DNA from: Obrimoposthia wandeli
Taxonomy: Eukaryota
DNA: 64,000 nucleotides
Direction of reading: 5' to 3'
NCBI GenBank assembly: GCA_977020255.1
Contig: CDROCS010004090.1
Location: 62,001-126,000, forward strand
Each line of letters opens with the position of its first letter. Position 1 is the stretch's first letter. Below, piece after piece: positions 1 through 10,221 of the stretch. A program made the position numbers and the translations under genes. Below the pieces are notes generated by a model. That model had not been told where the DNA came from, ran no database searches, and saw only the letters and a list, made by a program, of their open reading frames with translations.

Positions 1-2
1 AT

Positions 3-2441
3 TTTCCTGTTAAATTAACTGCGATATCAAGATTTGAACACCTTAATAACTTGAGTATTTATGTATTCAAATACAATACTGATATCCCAGTTAATGTAAC
101 AGATGAAGAAATTTTTAAAAATCCTTTTGTAGATGTAAATTATAAGAGAAAAAATGAGGGGACTCAGGTCAACTTAATTTTGTTTGAAATTAATAAAAAA
201 TTCTATTATGCTGCAATTCCTAATTTAGATCGTCTTCTAAATTTAGATAATGGAGCCTTACCGGTTAGGATAAGGTGTAAGTGGTGTCATAAATGTTTGC
301 ATGGATTCCGAACCGAGCTCTCTTACAGCAAACATCTGACATTATGTTCACTGAATCCTGATGACAATACGCTATACAGCATGCCTAAGGATAAGGATTT
401 AAAATTCAGGGATTGGGCAAAATGCATACTCGTGGAATTCAGGGTGTATGCAGATTTTGAGTCAATTCTAGCATTGCACGACCAGTATGAGAGTATTCAC
501 CTACCGGCTTCAGCAGGACTACTATTCTTAAGCCCGAATATTACACAGTATCAATAATTTTCCGGTCCAAATTGTATTTTAGATTTTATGTTAAAATTAG
601 AAGAATTGAGAACAACAATTGTCAAACCGTGGTATGATCTTAATGCTCATCAAGCAATGATCATGACAGGCATAGACTGGGTTAATTTTAATTCTTGTAG
701 ATTATGTTATTTGTGTGGAACCCAGTCTAAGTTAGTCAGAGATCACGATCATGTTACGGGTCGATACTTGGGAGTGGCGTGCAACCTTTGTAACCTTGGC
801 CGTCGTCTCCCTAAAAAACCACGCATTCTCATCGTGTTTCATAACCTCAAAGGATATGATTTGCATCATATACTCAAATACGCGTTGGGTACATTAAGCT
901 CTTGGGAAATTTCTTGTATATCTCAAACTTCAGAGAAATATTTATCTTTAACTGCATATACTGAATTCTGTAGTTTAAGATTCATAGATTCTCTGCAGTT
1001 TCTGAGCGGTTCTTTAAAAAATTTAACGGCATCTTTAAATGCATGGCCAATCACACAGTCAGTGTTCCCAGCTTCGGTTAATGATAAGGGGATTTTATCA
1101 TTTATCATCCTGCAAGATCCCGCGATGTATCAAATGTATGATTATGGTATACGCGGTGGAATGACTTTTGTCAACAAACATTATGTTGTCAAAAATCAAT
1201 CCACGGAGATTCTGTACATCGATATTAATAATTTGTATGGGTGGGCGCTTACTCAACCTCTACATCATGCCAACTTTAAGTGGGTTTATGATGTGGATCA
1301 GTTGAATAAGTTGATGACAGATTTGGCTACTGTTGATACAGTTTCATCCGACGTCGGCTATTTGGTTGAGGTGGACATAAAAATCCCTCCCAATGTGCAT
1401 GATAAATTAGATGATCTTCCAGTAGCGCCTGTTCATCAATGCCCACCTAATTCAAAGGTTAAGAAATTATTGTTAACCCATGAAGACAAGTTGAATTATG
1501 TTGTGCATTGGCGGCTTCTTCAATTCTACTTAAAGTTGGGAGCGAAAGTTACTCGAATTCATCGTGCTATAAGCTTCAGTCAAAACTTTGTGTTTAAAGA
1601 CTATATTGAGAAGAATTCTAGAAAACGTAATTTGGCCACTAGCAAATTCGATCGAGATTTTTACAAGTTAAAAAGTAATAGCCTCTTTGGAAAAACTGTA
1701 GAGGACTTGCGGAAACGTATTTGTCTACGGTTTTGCAATGATGAGCGTAAACTAATAACATATACTAGCAAGTACAACTTCAAGCGTAGTTTTACAATTG
1801 CAGATGACTTGGTAGCAGTGTTATTAGGAAAACAGAGTATTTATCTCGATCGACCGAGTTATATAGGTCAAACGGTTTTAGACATTTCTAAACTTAGAAT
1901 GTACGAGCTTCAATACATAGAATTAGAGAAATATCGACGAGAATTCAATTGTGAGATCAAAATCGCAGCTGGGGACACTGACTCTTTCTTTTTAGAATGT
2001 AAAAATGTTAGTTTAAATAATCAATTATTACCGGCAATGTTTAGGGACAACTTATTAGATACCCATAAATATCCCGCTAACCATCCTCTACACTCTATGA
2101 GTTTAAAGGATATTATTGGGAAATTTAAGGATGAAAGCGAGGGACAGATTTCGTATGATGATTGTATTTTCCTACGCTTTAAATGCTACAGTTTACATGC
2201 ATCTAATAATACATGTTCAATGAGAGCAAAGGGTCTGGGAAGAAACAAACTTACACATGAGGCATACCGGAAAGTTTATGATACTGGGTATATTGAAAGC
2301 GTTGAGCAAACTAGGTTTATTTCAAGAGCCCATCAACTGTATTCCCATAAATCAACAAAAATCGCTTTGAATAGTAATGACGACAAGCGCCTTAGGGTAG
2401 AAAAGAATGCTATCCTGGCTTATGGACACTTCCGAATTTAA
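3..2441 (+). pseudogene. Protein-primed family B DNA polymerase (pPolB) of element 1, 5'-truncated by the window edge
   Basis: ORFs 51-557 and 588-2441 are in the same frame, separated by one TAA (555-557). Motifs: C2H2-like WCHKC..H, ExoI VYADFES, EndoVII-like CYLC..VRDHDHVTG..ACNLCN, IVFHNLKGYD, FIDSLQF, motif A YIDINNLYG, motif B KLKSNSLFGK, motif C GDTDS, C-terminal DDKR..YGH. About 95-100 codons are missing in frame near 1095 compared with element 2 PolB. Confidence 0.95.
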
Positions 2442-2696
2442 ACGGTTTTATTTTTTGATTTTTTTAAGTTTAGTTTTTTTTAATTTTAGATCCCTATTTT
2501 GACTCTAACTTTTTGTTATTTCAATACTTTTTTAGGTTGGACCTTATCTTTGCTAACATATTTCATTGTGATGTTGTGATTAATAAATGTATTAAAAAAA
2601 TTTGTCTTATGTCTTTTATTATTTTACCCTTATATTTTTAGAGATTTAAAATATAATTCAAAATAAAACATTAAAAATATTTATTTTTATAACACA

Positions 2697-3036
2697 CTAA
2701 TCGTTTTGCAACGATAACCATAAAATACATAAATGTCCACAGTTTCTCGTCGCTGGATTCTGATATTGTATCTTGTTGTAAAATACTCTTCTTCGTCCTT
2801 TTTGAATAGTCGAAACACGTTTGTGTGGATAATACATTGCAAGTGGATTAAATACATGTATTGTCCACTCTCTAACATAAATAGCTATCCAATGTTCTCC
2901 TGGTAAATTCGAAGTATGAGTATTGATAATGTAACCTCCAGATTGAAAAAATGAAATCATATCAATAGGATAAACTCCATTGAATTTATCACCCAGGACC
3001 TTCTCTGCTGATTCTTGTACTTGTACTGAACTAAAT
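2697..3036 (-). pseudogene. Adenain-like (adenovirus-type) cysteine protease
   Basis: FNGVYPID..YIINTHTSNLPGEHWIAIY..VFNP..QYQ..NCGHLC, showing the His/Asp(here Asn)/Gln/Cys arrangement of adenain. The frame is open upstream of the ATG at 2960 to ~3036, and the original start appears lost. Confidence 0.88.
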
Positions 3037-3082
3037 AAAAATTAATATATATATATATATTTAAAAAATGTCTTACTTCATT

Positions 3083-4308
3083 CTATAATATGACAGTTCT
3101 GTTTTTATTGATTTGTATTTCGGAATCAAACACTCCGTAAATAAGCACCGTAGTAGGATGTGTTAAAGCTGCATTGAACTTAATTTCTAGTCGTAAATTT
3201 CCATCGTTTGGTAGTTGGCATTGGTTTATATCAAAGTCTGGTGCCAAAACAAATGTGAAAAAGGGGCAGCTGCTTTTAAACTCAGTGAAAGAAATACCAT
3301 TGTTTATATTTTTATCTAGTTTGCCCAAATTCCGAATAATAGATTGCATATAAGTCAAAAGCATAAGCGTTACCTTCGAAATCTGTTTTATTTGTTTCGT
3401 GATAATCAGTATTTCTTGAAAGTGTCACTGAACCTACACTAAGATTGTCAAATTGAGTTGCATCTGTCGTATAATTTCCTAGAAACTTTGCAGTTTTTTG
3501 AAAAGAAATTAAAATGAATTTCGGTAATCTTACATCACCCAAAATTTGATCCTTATTAAAAGCTTGTGTACCCGTACCTAAAGAATAAGATATAAGTTTA
3601 GTTTCTCTAATAGGATAACAAGCATTGTTTTTTTCCATTCCTATATTATGTGCCATTAAAACTGACTGCTCGGTTTTAACTCTTCGAACATACAATTTTG
3701 CATCCAAAATATCAAGTCTAGGTTTTAGAACGTCCGTGCTTATCAAAGAAAAATTCCATTTATTACGTTTCAAACGAAGATGTACATTAACACCGGGAAT
3801 TAAATATTTCGGTTGTTCAAAGAAATTCAATCTCAAAGACACATTTCGTAAGCTTTAGAACCCTCAATCCATTCTTTGCGAGTTGCGACCGTTTTTTCAT
3901 AACCAATGGTTGCCAAATTAGTATTTTGAGTATCAGTACTATAATTCAAAAGACTTTCAATCAAAGCTTTATGAGCATAGGAAGAATTTCCACCTTCAAT
4001 TTTGACATTATTAAGAGTAACAATGGCATCACTAAATAAAAAATTAAAGAAATAATTTACAGGTGTTACATCTGCATTTTCATCTAAATTAGTACCATCC
4101 CGATTTAATACTTAATTTGAAAATAAAGCAAAGTTTCATTCAAATCTAAATAATCGCTATTGGAACCATTAATATTAAATTCTAAATCGGTTAAAGTGGT
4201 TCCTGAAACTGAGTTAACTAGAAATATTTCTTCAAAGGAAGTATTATCTACAACTACTTGTGGAAGTGGTTTATCAAAAATACACAATTCAGTTTTGGCG
4301 CAACTCAT
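3083..4308 (-). pseudogene. Major capsid protein (double jelly-roll, Polinton PY/hexon-like), frameshifted
   Basis: Three fragments: 4105-4308 (CAKTELCIF..LEFNINGSNSDYLDLNETLLY), 3312-3842 (KYLIPGVNVHLRLKRN..LYVRRVK..LPKFILISF) and 3083-3364 (FTFVLAPD..GNLRLEIKF..LIYGVFDSEIQI). All match typical Polinton MCP motifs. Confidence 0.9.
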
Positions 4309-4367
4309 TTTACAAATATTGTTCCTTCAACTTTCTTACGTTTGTTTATATTGATTTTTTGCTTCTT

Positions 4368-4682
4368 TTAACTTTTAAATCCACTACCTCCTTGGCTTTT
4401 ATTTGATTTATGTTTGCTAATCAAATTAGCAACTTCAGGTAAAACATTATCAAGTTCATCAAGCGCATGCTTCTTAAAAGTTGGTATTAGTTTATTGTCC
4501 TTAGATGAAAGGTAATCCTTTTCTAATTTTGATATAAATCGCCTGAGTCTCTTTAAAAGAGGAAAGGCAAATCTACCTAATGTTCTAAGCCAGCCAGATC
4601 CATATTGTTTACCAACAAAATATGGTAATTCTCCACCTTGTTGGCTTTGACTATAAGCTTCAATTATTGCTGGATTCGCCAA
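4368..4682 (-). CDS. Small Polinton virion core/cement-like protein with glycine cleavage-type motifs and an amphipathic helix
   Basis: 104-aa ORF with QQGGE, QYGSGWLRTLGRFAFPLLKRL and QGGSG. It lies between penton and MCP, where Polintons usually carry such an ORF. Confidence 0.65.
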   Translation of the reverse strand: MANPAIIEAYSQSQQGGELPYFVGKQYGSGWLRTLGRFAFPLLKRLRRFISKLEKDYLSSKDNKLIPTFKKHALDELDNVLPEVANLISKHKSNKSQGGSGFKS

Positions 4683-5688
4683 TTTGTTTTCTTAAATGTA
4701 TTGTTAAACTTGTCTTGGCCCCGTACATGAAATCTATTAGTTGTCCGGAATCATCTCTAATATTTAATTCAATATTGTTTATAGAAAAGAGAGAAACTGG
4801 AAGATACATTGGTTGATCTATACACATACCGACAGCGTCCCCATATCTAGTTTCATTTTTAGATATCCATATTGTTCTCAAAAGTGGAACTCGCTGTCCT
4901 CCTACAAGCGTTGGTTCTATTAAATTAGTATAAATATATAAATGATTAACAGCATTTAAAAGTTTTGCCTTATTTTTTTTAGCTTTTATGGTTTTCAAAG
5001 GTATTTCTGTTTAAATCAAGGTTTTTAGCGAGTTTATCATCAAATAAAACTCGTATTATATTTCTCTTTACTGTAAACGTTATTTTACGATTTTTTAATG
5101 TTACACATTTATCAAAAAATTCACTACATTCCTTCTGTATTAATTTACAGAAATTCACTTCACTATCTAATTTATAATCTTTTGAAAACATTTTCAGTTC
5201 CACTACATACGTTGGTCTCGTTTCAACTAAAAACACTTTTGTTACTCTATCAGGAACATTTTTAAACGATTTAGATGAGGCTATATCAGATCACTTCATA
5301 CCTACTTCTCTGCTTTTCTGTCAGATCCAAATATAATTTGAATAGGTTTTGAAAAATGTTTTAGTCGATTTTTAAATCTGACTTTGTTTTTTTCATATAT
5401 TACTTTCACTTCTTTATCTATACAATTGTAATAGAATTTCCCTTTACTATCAAACCCAATCACAACTTCAATTGATTTTTCATGATCAACTTCTTTTGTA
5501 AACGAAATATGTGAGTTTTTTCTGATAGTAATTGGAGAATAATAAAAGGAAAATTCTGTTAAAGCCGCTTCCCATTCTCCTTGGAGATTTATAGGATTTT
5601 CCCAATCGATAATAAAGCTACTAGCGTAATTATCAGGTTGAGTCTTCGGACATCCGTTACTAGGTAAAACCATATACATAGACTTCAT
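4660..5688 (-). pseudogene. Minor capsid protein (penton-like, single jelly-roll), frameshifted
   Basis: N-terminal MYMVLPSN..INLQGEWEAALTEFSF (5302-5688), a middle fragment (4979-5236), and C-terminal LYIYTNLIEPTLVGGQRVPLLR..MYLPV..IELNIRDDSG..TIHLRK (4660-4998). Confidence 0.88.
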
Positions 5689-6713
5689 ATTATATTAGAT
5701 GCTGATATCCAAGATGGATCTGAATAACCATGCCATTTAACATATTATTGTTTATGTTTACCAGCACCCTTAGATTTTAATATATTTTGAATACGGAAAA
5801 CGCTCGGTTTATTTGATATTACTTGTAGTTCTTGCTCGTAAAATTTACCGTGAACGAAATTATTGTCAGCATCTTTAATAGTATACATTATTGGATTACT
5901 CTTTTGATCAATTTTACTTATACAAAATATTTCATCGCTCCAATACTGATCAAAGTTTTTAATAAATGGAGAAGAGATTATTTTCGAAATTCGGACATAT
6001 TCGTTTTTCTTATATTTAGCTTTTTTAATATTTTCTTTTTTATTCCTGCCCATCCAAATATCCATATAATTTTTATTAGTAACATCAACAGATCTCATTC
6101 TCTTGAGACCTCTATGTTCCGAGTGATTATATGCATGTATTATTTTAGGTAAAACTTGGATCCATTTTTTATTTCCTTCTATTGTGAAATACTTTTTTAT
6201 TCGATCTCTTAAAGTACGATTAAATCTTTCTACTACTGCTGCTTTATACTGTGAAAACACAGAGTAGTGATTTATATTATTTTGTTTAAATAAAGATTGA
6301 ACTTGCTTATTATAAAATTCTTTTCCTAAATCAGTTTGCACATTTTGTGGAATGTCCTCTTTTAATATTTCTTTAATGGCTTCAAGCATAGCTATTGAAG
6401 ACTTTGATTTAACTGGAATTGCACGAGCAAACCTGCTAAATACATCAATACATGTTAAAATATATCGATATCCCTTATTAATGGAAGAATATGGGATCAT
6501 CTCCATCAAATCCATTTGCCATAAATTATTAGGACCGCTGGTTTTGTAAGCTCTAGTTGGAAACCTTCTTCTCATCGGCTTGTTCAGACTGTAGGCTAAC
6601 TGGTTGCTCAACCATTTCTGCGTTTTCTTGTATTTTTGTTTTGTTCTTTTTGCTAATTTTGAAACTCCGGTGTAGCCAATTGGATCTTTTGGGTTGAACC
6701 ATATCTTCTCCAT
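5685..6713 (-). pseudogene. Retroviral-like DDE integrase with C-terminal chromodomain
   Basis: 322-aa ORF with LWQMDL, LTCIDVFSR, VQTDLGKEF and VVERFNRTL. After one in-frame TAA (5745-5747) the frame continues YVKWHGYSDPSWIS (chromodomain-like) to a TGA that overlaps the penton ATG. Confidence 0.93.
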
Positions 6714-6771
6714 TACAACAATTTGAATAGAAAGAAAATTTTAATTTAGGTAAAGAAGGGTTAGCACCCAT
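6553..6771 (-). CDS. Small ORF with a predicted N-myristoylation motif (MGANPS) and a CC pair, overlapping the 5' end of the integrase gene in another frame
   Basis: 72-aa ORF MGANPSLPKLKFSFYSNCCNG...; it overlaps integrase over 6553-6713. Expression is not demonstrated. Confidence 0.45.
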   Translation of the reverse strand: MGANPSLPKLKFSFYSNCCNGEDMVQPKRSNWLHRSFKISKKNKTKIQENAEMVEQPVSLQSEQADEKKVSN

Positions 6772-6799
6772 ATTTTTAGCTGATTTTATAAATAATTGT

Positions 6800-7130
6800 T
6801 TATGATCGTGTCGCAGCTATAATACTACTGATAATTGAAGCAACAACTGGAATAACAGCCCCTATGAAACCACCATTCTGTTTAAGAATAATTTTTCATT
6901 TCCTTTTTTTACTTTTTAAATTAGCAATATCTAGAAGAGTTTTTCTATATTTCTTTAATATATTTTTCCGATTTCCAACTTTTACTCGACCCAAAACTAT
7001 TTTATACAAAACTTTCAATAAATCATCTACAACAAAGTATGGAAAATTTTTAAGAATATAATAATCTCTTATGAGAAGAGGCTTTGACTAAAGCTTTAAA
7101 ATAGGGTATGCTTCTTTGTATTTTCTTCAT
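6800..7130 (-). pseudogene. pX-like small basic protein with a hydrophobic C-terminal tail
   Basis: Manual translation: MKKIQRSIPYFKALVKASSHKR / YILKNFPYFVVDDLLKVLYKIVLGRVKV..KKYRKTLLDIANLKSKKRK*KIILKQNGGFIGAVIPVVASIISSIIAATRS*, with one frameshift and one stop. The GGF-hydrophobic tail resembles adenovirus pX and the corresponding Polinton protein. Confidence 0.75.
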
Positions 7131-7145
7131 TTTAATAAAAAAGGT

Positions 7146-7302
7146 TCAATTTAAATATTGTTTATATTCGAAGACATTTAAGTTTTTTTTTATTTCTAAC
7201 TACAGATTTGATTAATTTTTTCACTTCTTTTTTCTTAATGATTCTTTTGTTTGATTTCTTAGGCTTTGCTTTACGTTTTACTATCAACTTCGTAAAAGGC
7301 AT
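7146..7302 (-). pseudogene. Very small lysine-rich ORF (possible DNA-condensing core protein), frameshifted
   Basis: MPF../IVKRKAKPKKSNKRIIKKKEVKKLIKSVVRNKKNLNVFEYKQYLN*, lying between the ATPase and pX-like genes. AT-rich DNA can produce K-rich frames by chance. Confidence 0.3.
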
Positions 7303-7309
7303 TGTAAAT

Positions 7310-7957
7310 TTATCTTTTATAATTGTTCTTTATTTGTTTATAAACAGTTACTCCCTTAAAATTAAATATGTCGGTTAAAACACGTAAATCATCTGGGCAA
7401 GCTTGTGTAAAGTCAATAAATATATACCCATGTGCTTGTTTAGCAGCATCGTGGAATGAATCAACTAGAAAGTTCTTATTTTGGGGAAATGCCTGTCTGG
7501 CCACGAAATCAACAACGGTTTGATCTCTAGGATTTTTAAATAAAACTAAGTAATGTACATTAAGATTTCTTGTTCTATGGTGACCTCCTTGGTGAAAAAG
7601 ATTTTGAGTGATAAATATAACTGTTACATCACGATGTCTTGCAATCTTCGTAAATAAATTATTAAAGTTCGATTCCTTGTTAGTTTCCTGATACAAATCA
7701 TCAATTATTATTACATCTTCTTTTTTCAATCTTTCACACCAATTTGCATCAAATCCTTCAATAAATTGTATTCCCTTCAACTTACAAACTTATGTTTTGG
7801 TTAATCTGCTTTCCCTTCCTCCACCATGATGCCAATAAATATTTTTGAAACTAGATTTGAAAAGAGATTCATTTTGCAACAATTTACAGACGAAATGTGT
7901 CTTTCCACTTCCACTTGGGCCAACTATTTGAAATACAGCATTATTATTTAGCTCCAT
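7310..7957 (-). pseudogene. A32/FtsK-like genome-packaging ATPase
   Basis: The ATG at 7957 gives MELNNNAVFQIVGPSGSGKT (Walker A). One in-frame TAA near 7790 is followed by VIIIDD (Walker B), IARHRDVTVIFITQN and YLVLFKNPRD. Confidence 0.93.
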
Positions 7958-7994
7958 TGCATATACTCTTTCATTTTTAATATTGTTTATATTA

Positions 7995-8240
7995 TCATAA
8001 AAGTTTCCTTATTGAAATGTACAATGTTAGAGCTATTGTAGATGAAATACAAAAATTAATTAATGAATATTTGGCTATAATTTTATTTATTTGTGTACGA
8101 TTTCTAAATTCTCGAATAACGTGTGATCTAATTAATATTTCAATGTTATCTCTTGTTATATCATTATTTTTTAATTCTGATAAAATTTCTTTACCCTTAT
8201 TTTTCCAGAAATATTTCATCGGTAAGACGATCCACTTCAT
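7995..8240 (-). CDS. Hypothetical protein of element 1
   Basis: 81-aa ATG-started ORF directly upstream of the ATPase on the same strand; no motif recognised. Confidence 0.35.
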   Translation of the reverse strand: MKWIVLPMKYFWKNKGKEILSELKNNDITRDNIEILIRSHVIREFRNRTQINKIIAKYSLINFCISSTIALTLYISIRKLL

Positions 8241-8717
8241 TGTCTCTATTTATAGTATTATTCATTTGAAACAATAAGTTTAAACGGGTTTGTTTATAGA
8301 AAAGATAACAAGATGTAATAAGATATATTTTCTAAAATCAAATCTACAATGTCTGGATAATCAAAATTTTTCAAACTAGATTTGAAAAGAGATTCATTTT
8401 GCAACAATTTACATACGAAATTCTACATATTGTCTCGGCTTCCATTTATTGAATGGTAAGTACGAAACATCATCTTCTGATCTACCTTTATAATTTATAT
8501 TTATGAGTTTCATTATACTAAAATTGTATTCTGTAAAATCTTCTTTATATATGTCTGAACCTGCTTTTTTATTGCACGTTTCTTGTAATTATCTTGCAAA
8601 CCTATTATAATTGATGATATATTTCTTCCAATCAAATTTGATTTTTAATATGGATTTAGTTATATTAACCAATGAGATTCATGTTTTTGTTAGAAATTAG
8701 TATAAAAGAATGCACCA

Positions 8718-9221
8718 TTGGAGGACAAATCACATAAAATGCATTCATATCAAAGACAATTATCAACGATGGAGGATAGCCAACGGGTATTAAGCGGTGA
8801 CGAAGTTTCAGAAATATTTGAAGAATCGGATAAGGATATGTATGAAGAAGTGAAACAATATTTCAAATACAAAGTCAGATTCTTGAAGAAGGCTCAACTG
8901 ATTGCTTTAGTAAAACCTGTGACAATTGAAAGAAGAAAGTTCAGCTAATAGCTATCAAATATTCAAAAACCAGATTTTCAATATCTTAAACAGAAAATTG
9001 AAAAGGCAGTTCCGAATTTTACTTTCAATTAGAACGAATTTTATATCCGAGGACCCGATGAAGCATTTCTAGATGACTATGGAAGATATGTTGATATTGA
9101 TGCGTTTCTGAAAAAGAAGCAATGGACTGTAACAATTCGACTTTATGGTTACAAGAAAGATGAAATGGGAACAAAGTTGCCTATGTGGAAAATTGAACGT
9201 GCTCATATTTCTATGTTTTAA
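8718..9221 (+). pseudogene. Accessory ORF A of element 1 (paralog of ORF B; possible OB-fold ssDNA-binding protein)
   Basis: The frame from 8718 continues through internal stops to ..KQWTVTIRLYGYKKDEMGTKLPMWKIERAHISMF* (9221). Confidence 0.5.
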
Positions 9222-9365
9222 CTTTTGCGTGTAATAAATTGTAATCAGTTTTACTATGTTTCTTTCATTTAATAATCAGTTTTAGTTTTTAAATATTTGT
9301 ATCTTATATGTATCTTATGTGTATTTTTTTATAAACATTGTTATTAATCAGTTTCCTTATTTAGA

Positions 9366-9770
9366 ATGGATAAGAGATGTGTTGCAAATTTTTATTATCC
9401 AGAAAGAATTTCAAAAGGAAAACTATGTAATATATTAAAGAGGCATCAAATTATACGAGTTATTAATCCTGTGAAAATATCAAAAGTGGAGAATAAATAT
9501 CTCATCGAAATTTTAACAACATCTGATTTTGATCAATTGAAAAATATTTTGGGATTTTACATTCCTAATTATGTATATGATGGAAATTGTTTCCAGCTTG
9601 AAACTGATCCCAGTCTGAATTTTAAAGATGATCTAGGATATTTGATTGCTCCAATTCTAGATGAAGAACTATGGAATATCTCAATAAGTCTCAATGGATA
9701 TTTTGCTGATGACGGGAAAATGCAGCCTCTTTGGACTTTGAGTGAAGCCAATATGTTGTTTCATGTTTAA
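9366..9770 (+). CDS. Accessory ORF B of element 1 (possible OB-fold ssDNA-binding protein)
   Basis: Intact 134-aa ORF ending ELWNISISLNGYFADDGKMQPLWTLSEA, which shares a W-x-[VI]-x-I-x-L-x-GY...G..P-[ML]-W motif with ORF A. The function is inferred. Confidence 0.6.
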   Translation: MDKRCVANFYYPERISKGKLCNILKRHQIIRVINPVKISKVENKYLIEILTTSDFDQLKNILGFYIPNYVYDGNCFQLETDPSLNFKDDLGYLIAPILDEELWNISISLNGYFADDGKMQPLWTLSEANMLFHV

Positions 9771-10037
9771 TAAATGTTTTGAAAAATAATTTTGACTCGT
9801 ATTTTGTTTTTTCTCCTCTAAATTATATAGATCTGACCGATTTTTTATCCTATAAATTCTAAAACTGACATAGATATTTAACATGTAAGGATATTTGATC
9901 ATCATTTTCACCCATCACCCGACACTCAACGACTTTCATCCATCACCCATCGACTTTCACCCAACACCCATTGACTTACACCCACTGTCCAACACCCAAC
10001 ACCCAAGGAAGTCTGTGATATATACCCGTCCCGAGCC

Positions 10038-10221
10038 TTTCGCGCCAAAAGGCGCGAAAAAATTTGTTGGGACCCCCCCACCCCTGTCCTTTAAAACCGT
10101 GCATGTGTGTGGAGTGAAATTTCACTCCACACACCTACACAAAATTTCACTCCACACACATGCACGGTTTTAAAGGACAGGGGGGTGTGGATTAGACCGG
10201 ACACATCCACCTATTCATACT
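10038..10221. repeat. Terminal palindromes of element 1
   Basis: 9-bp stem TTTCGCGCC-AAAA-GGCGCGAAA (10038-10059); perfect 42-bp inverted arms at 10081-10122 and 10142-10183; overlapping perfect 30-bp palindrome at 10105-10134. Confidence 0.9.

Larger units (their letters stand above)
1..10221. mobile_element. Polinton/Maverick (adintovirus-like) endogenous element 1, decayed; left end lies outside the window
   Basis: Cluster of pPolB (+) converging on protease, MCP, penton, integrase, pX-like and ATPase genes (-). Short CACCCA-type repeats and palindromes at 9900-10221. The putative right end ...CTATTCATACT (10221) reads 5'-AGTATG on the other strand; the exact end is inferred. Confidence 0.93.
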
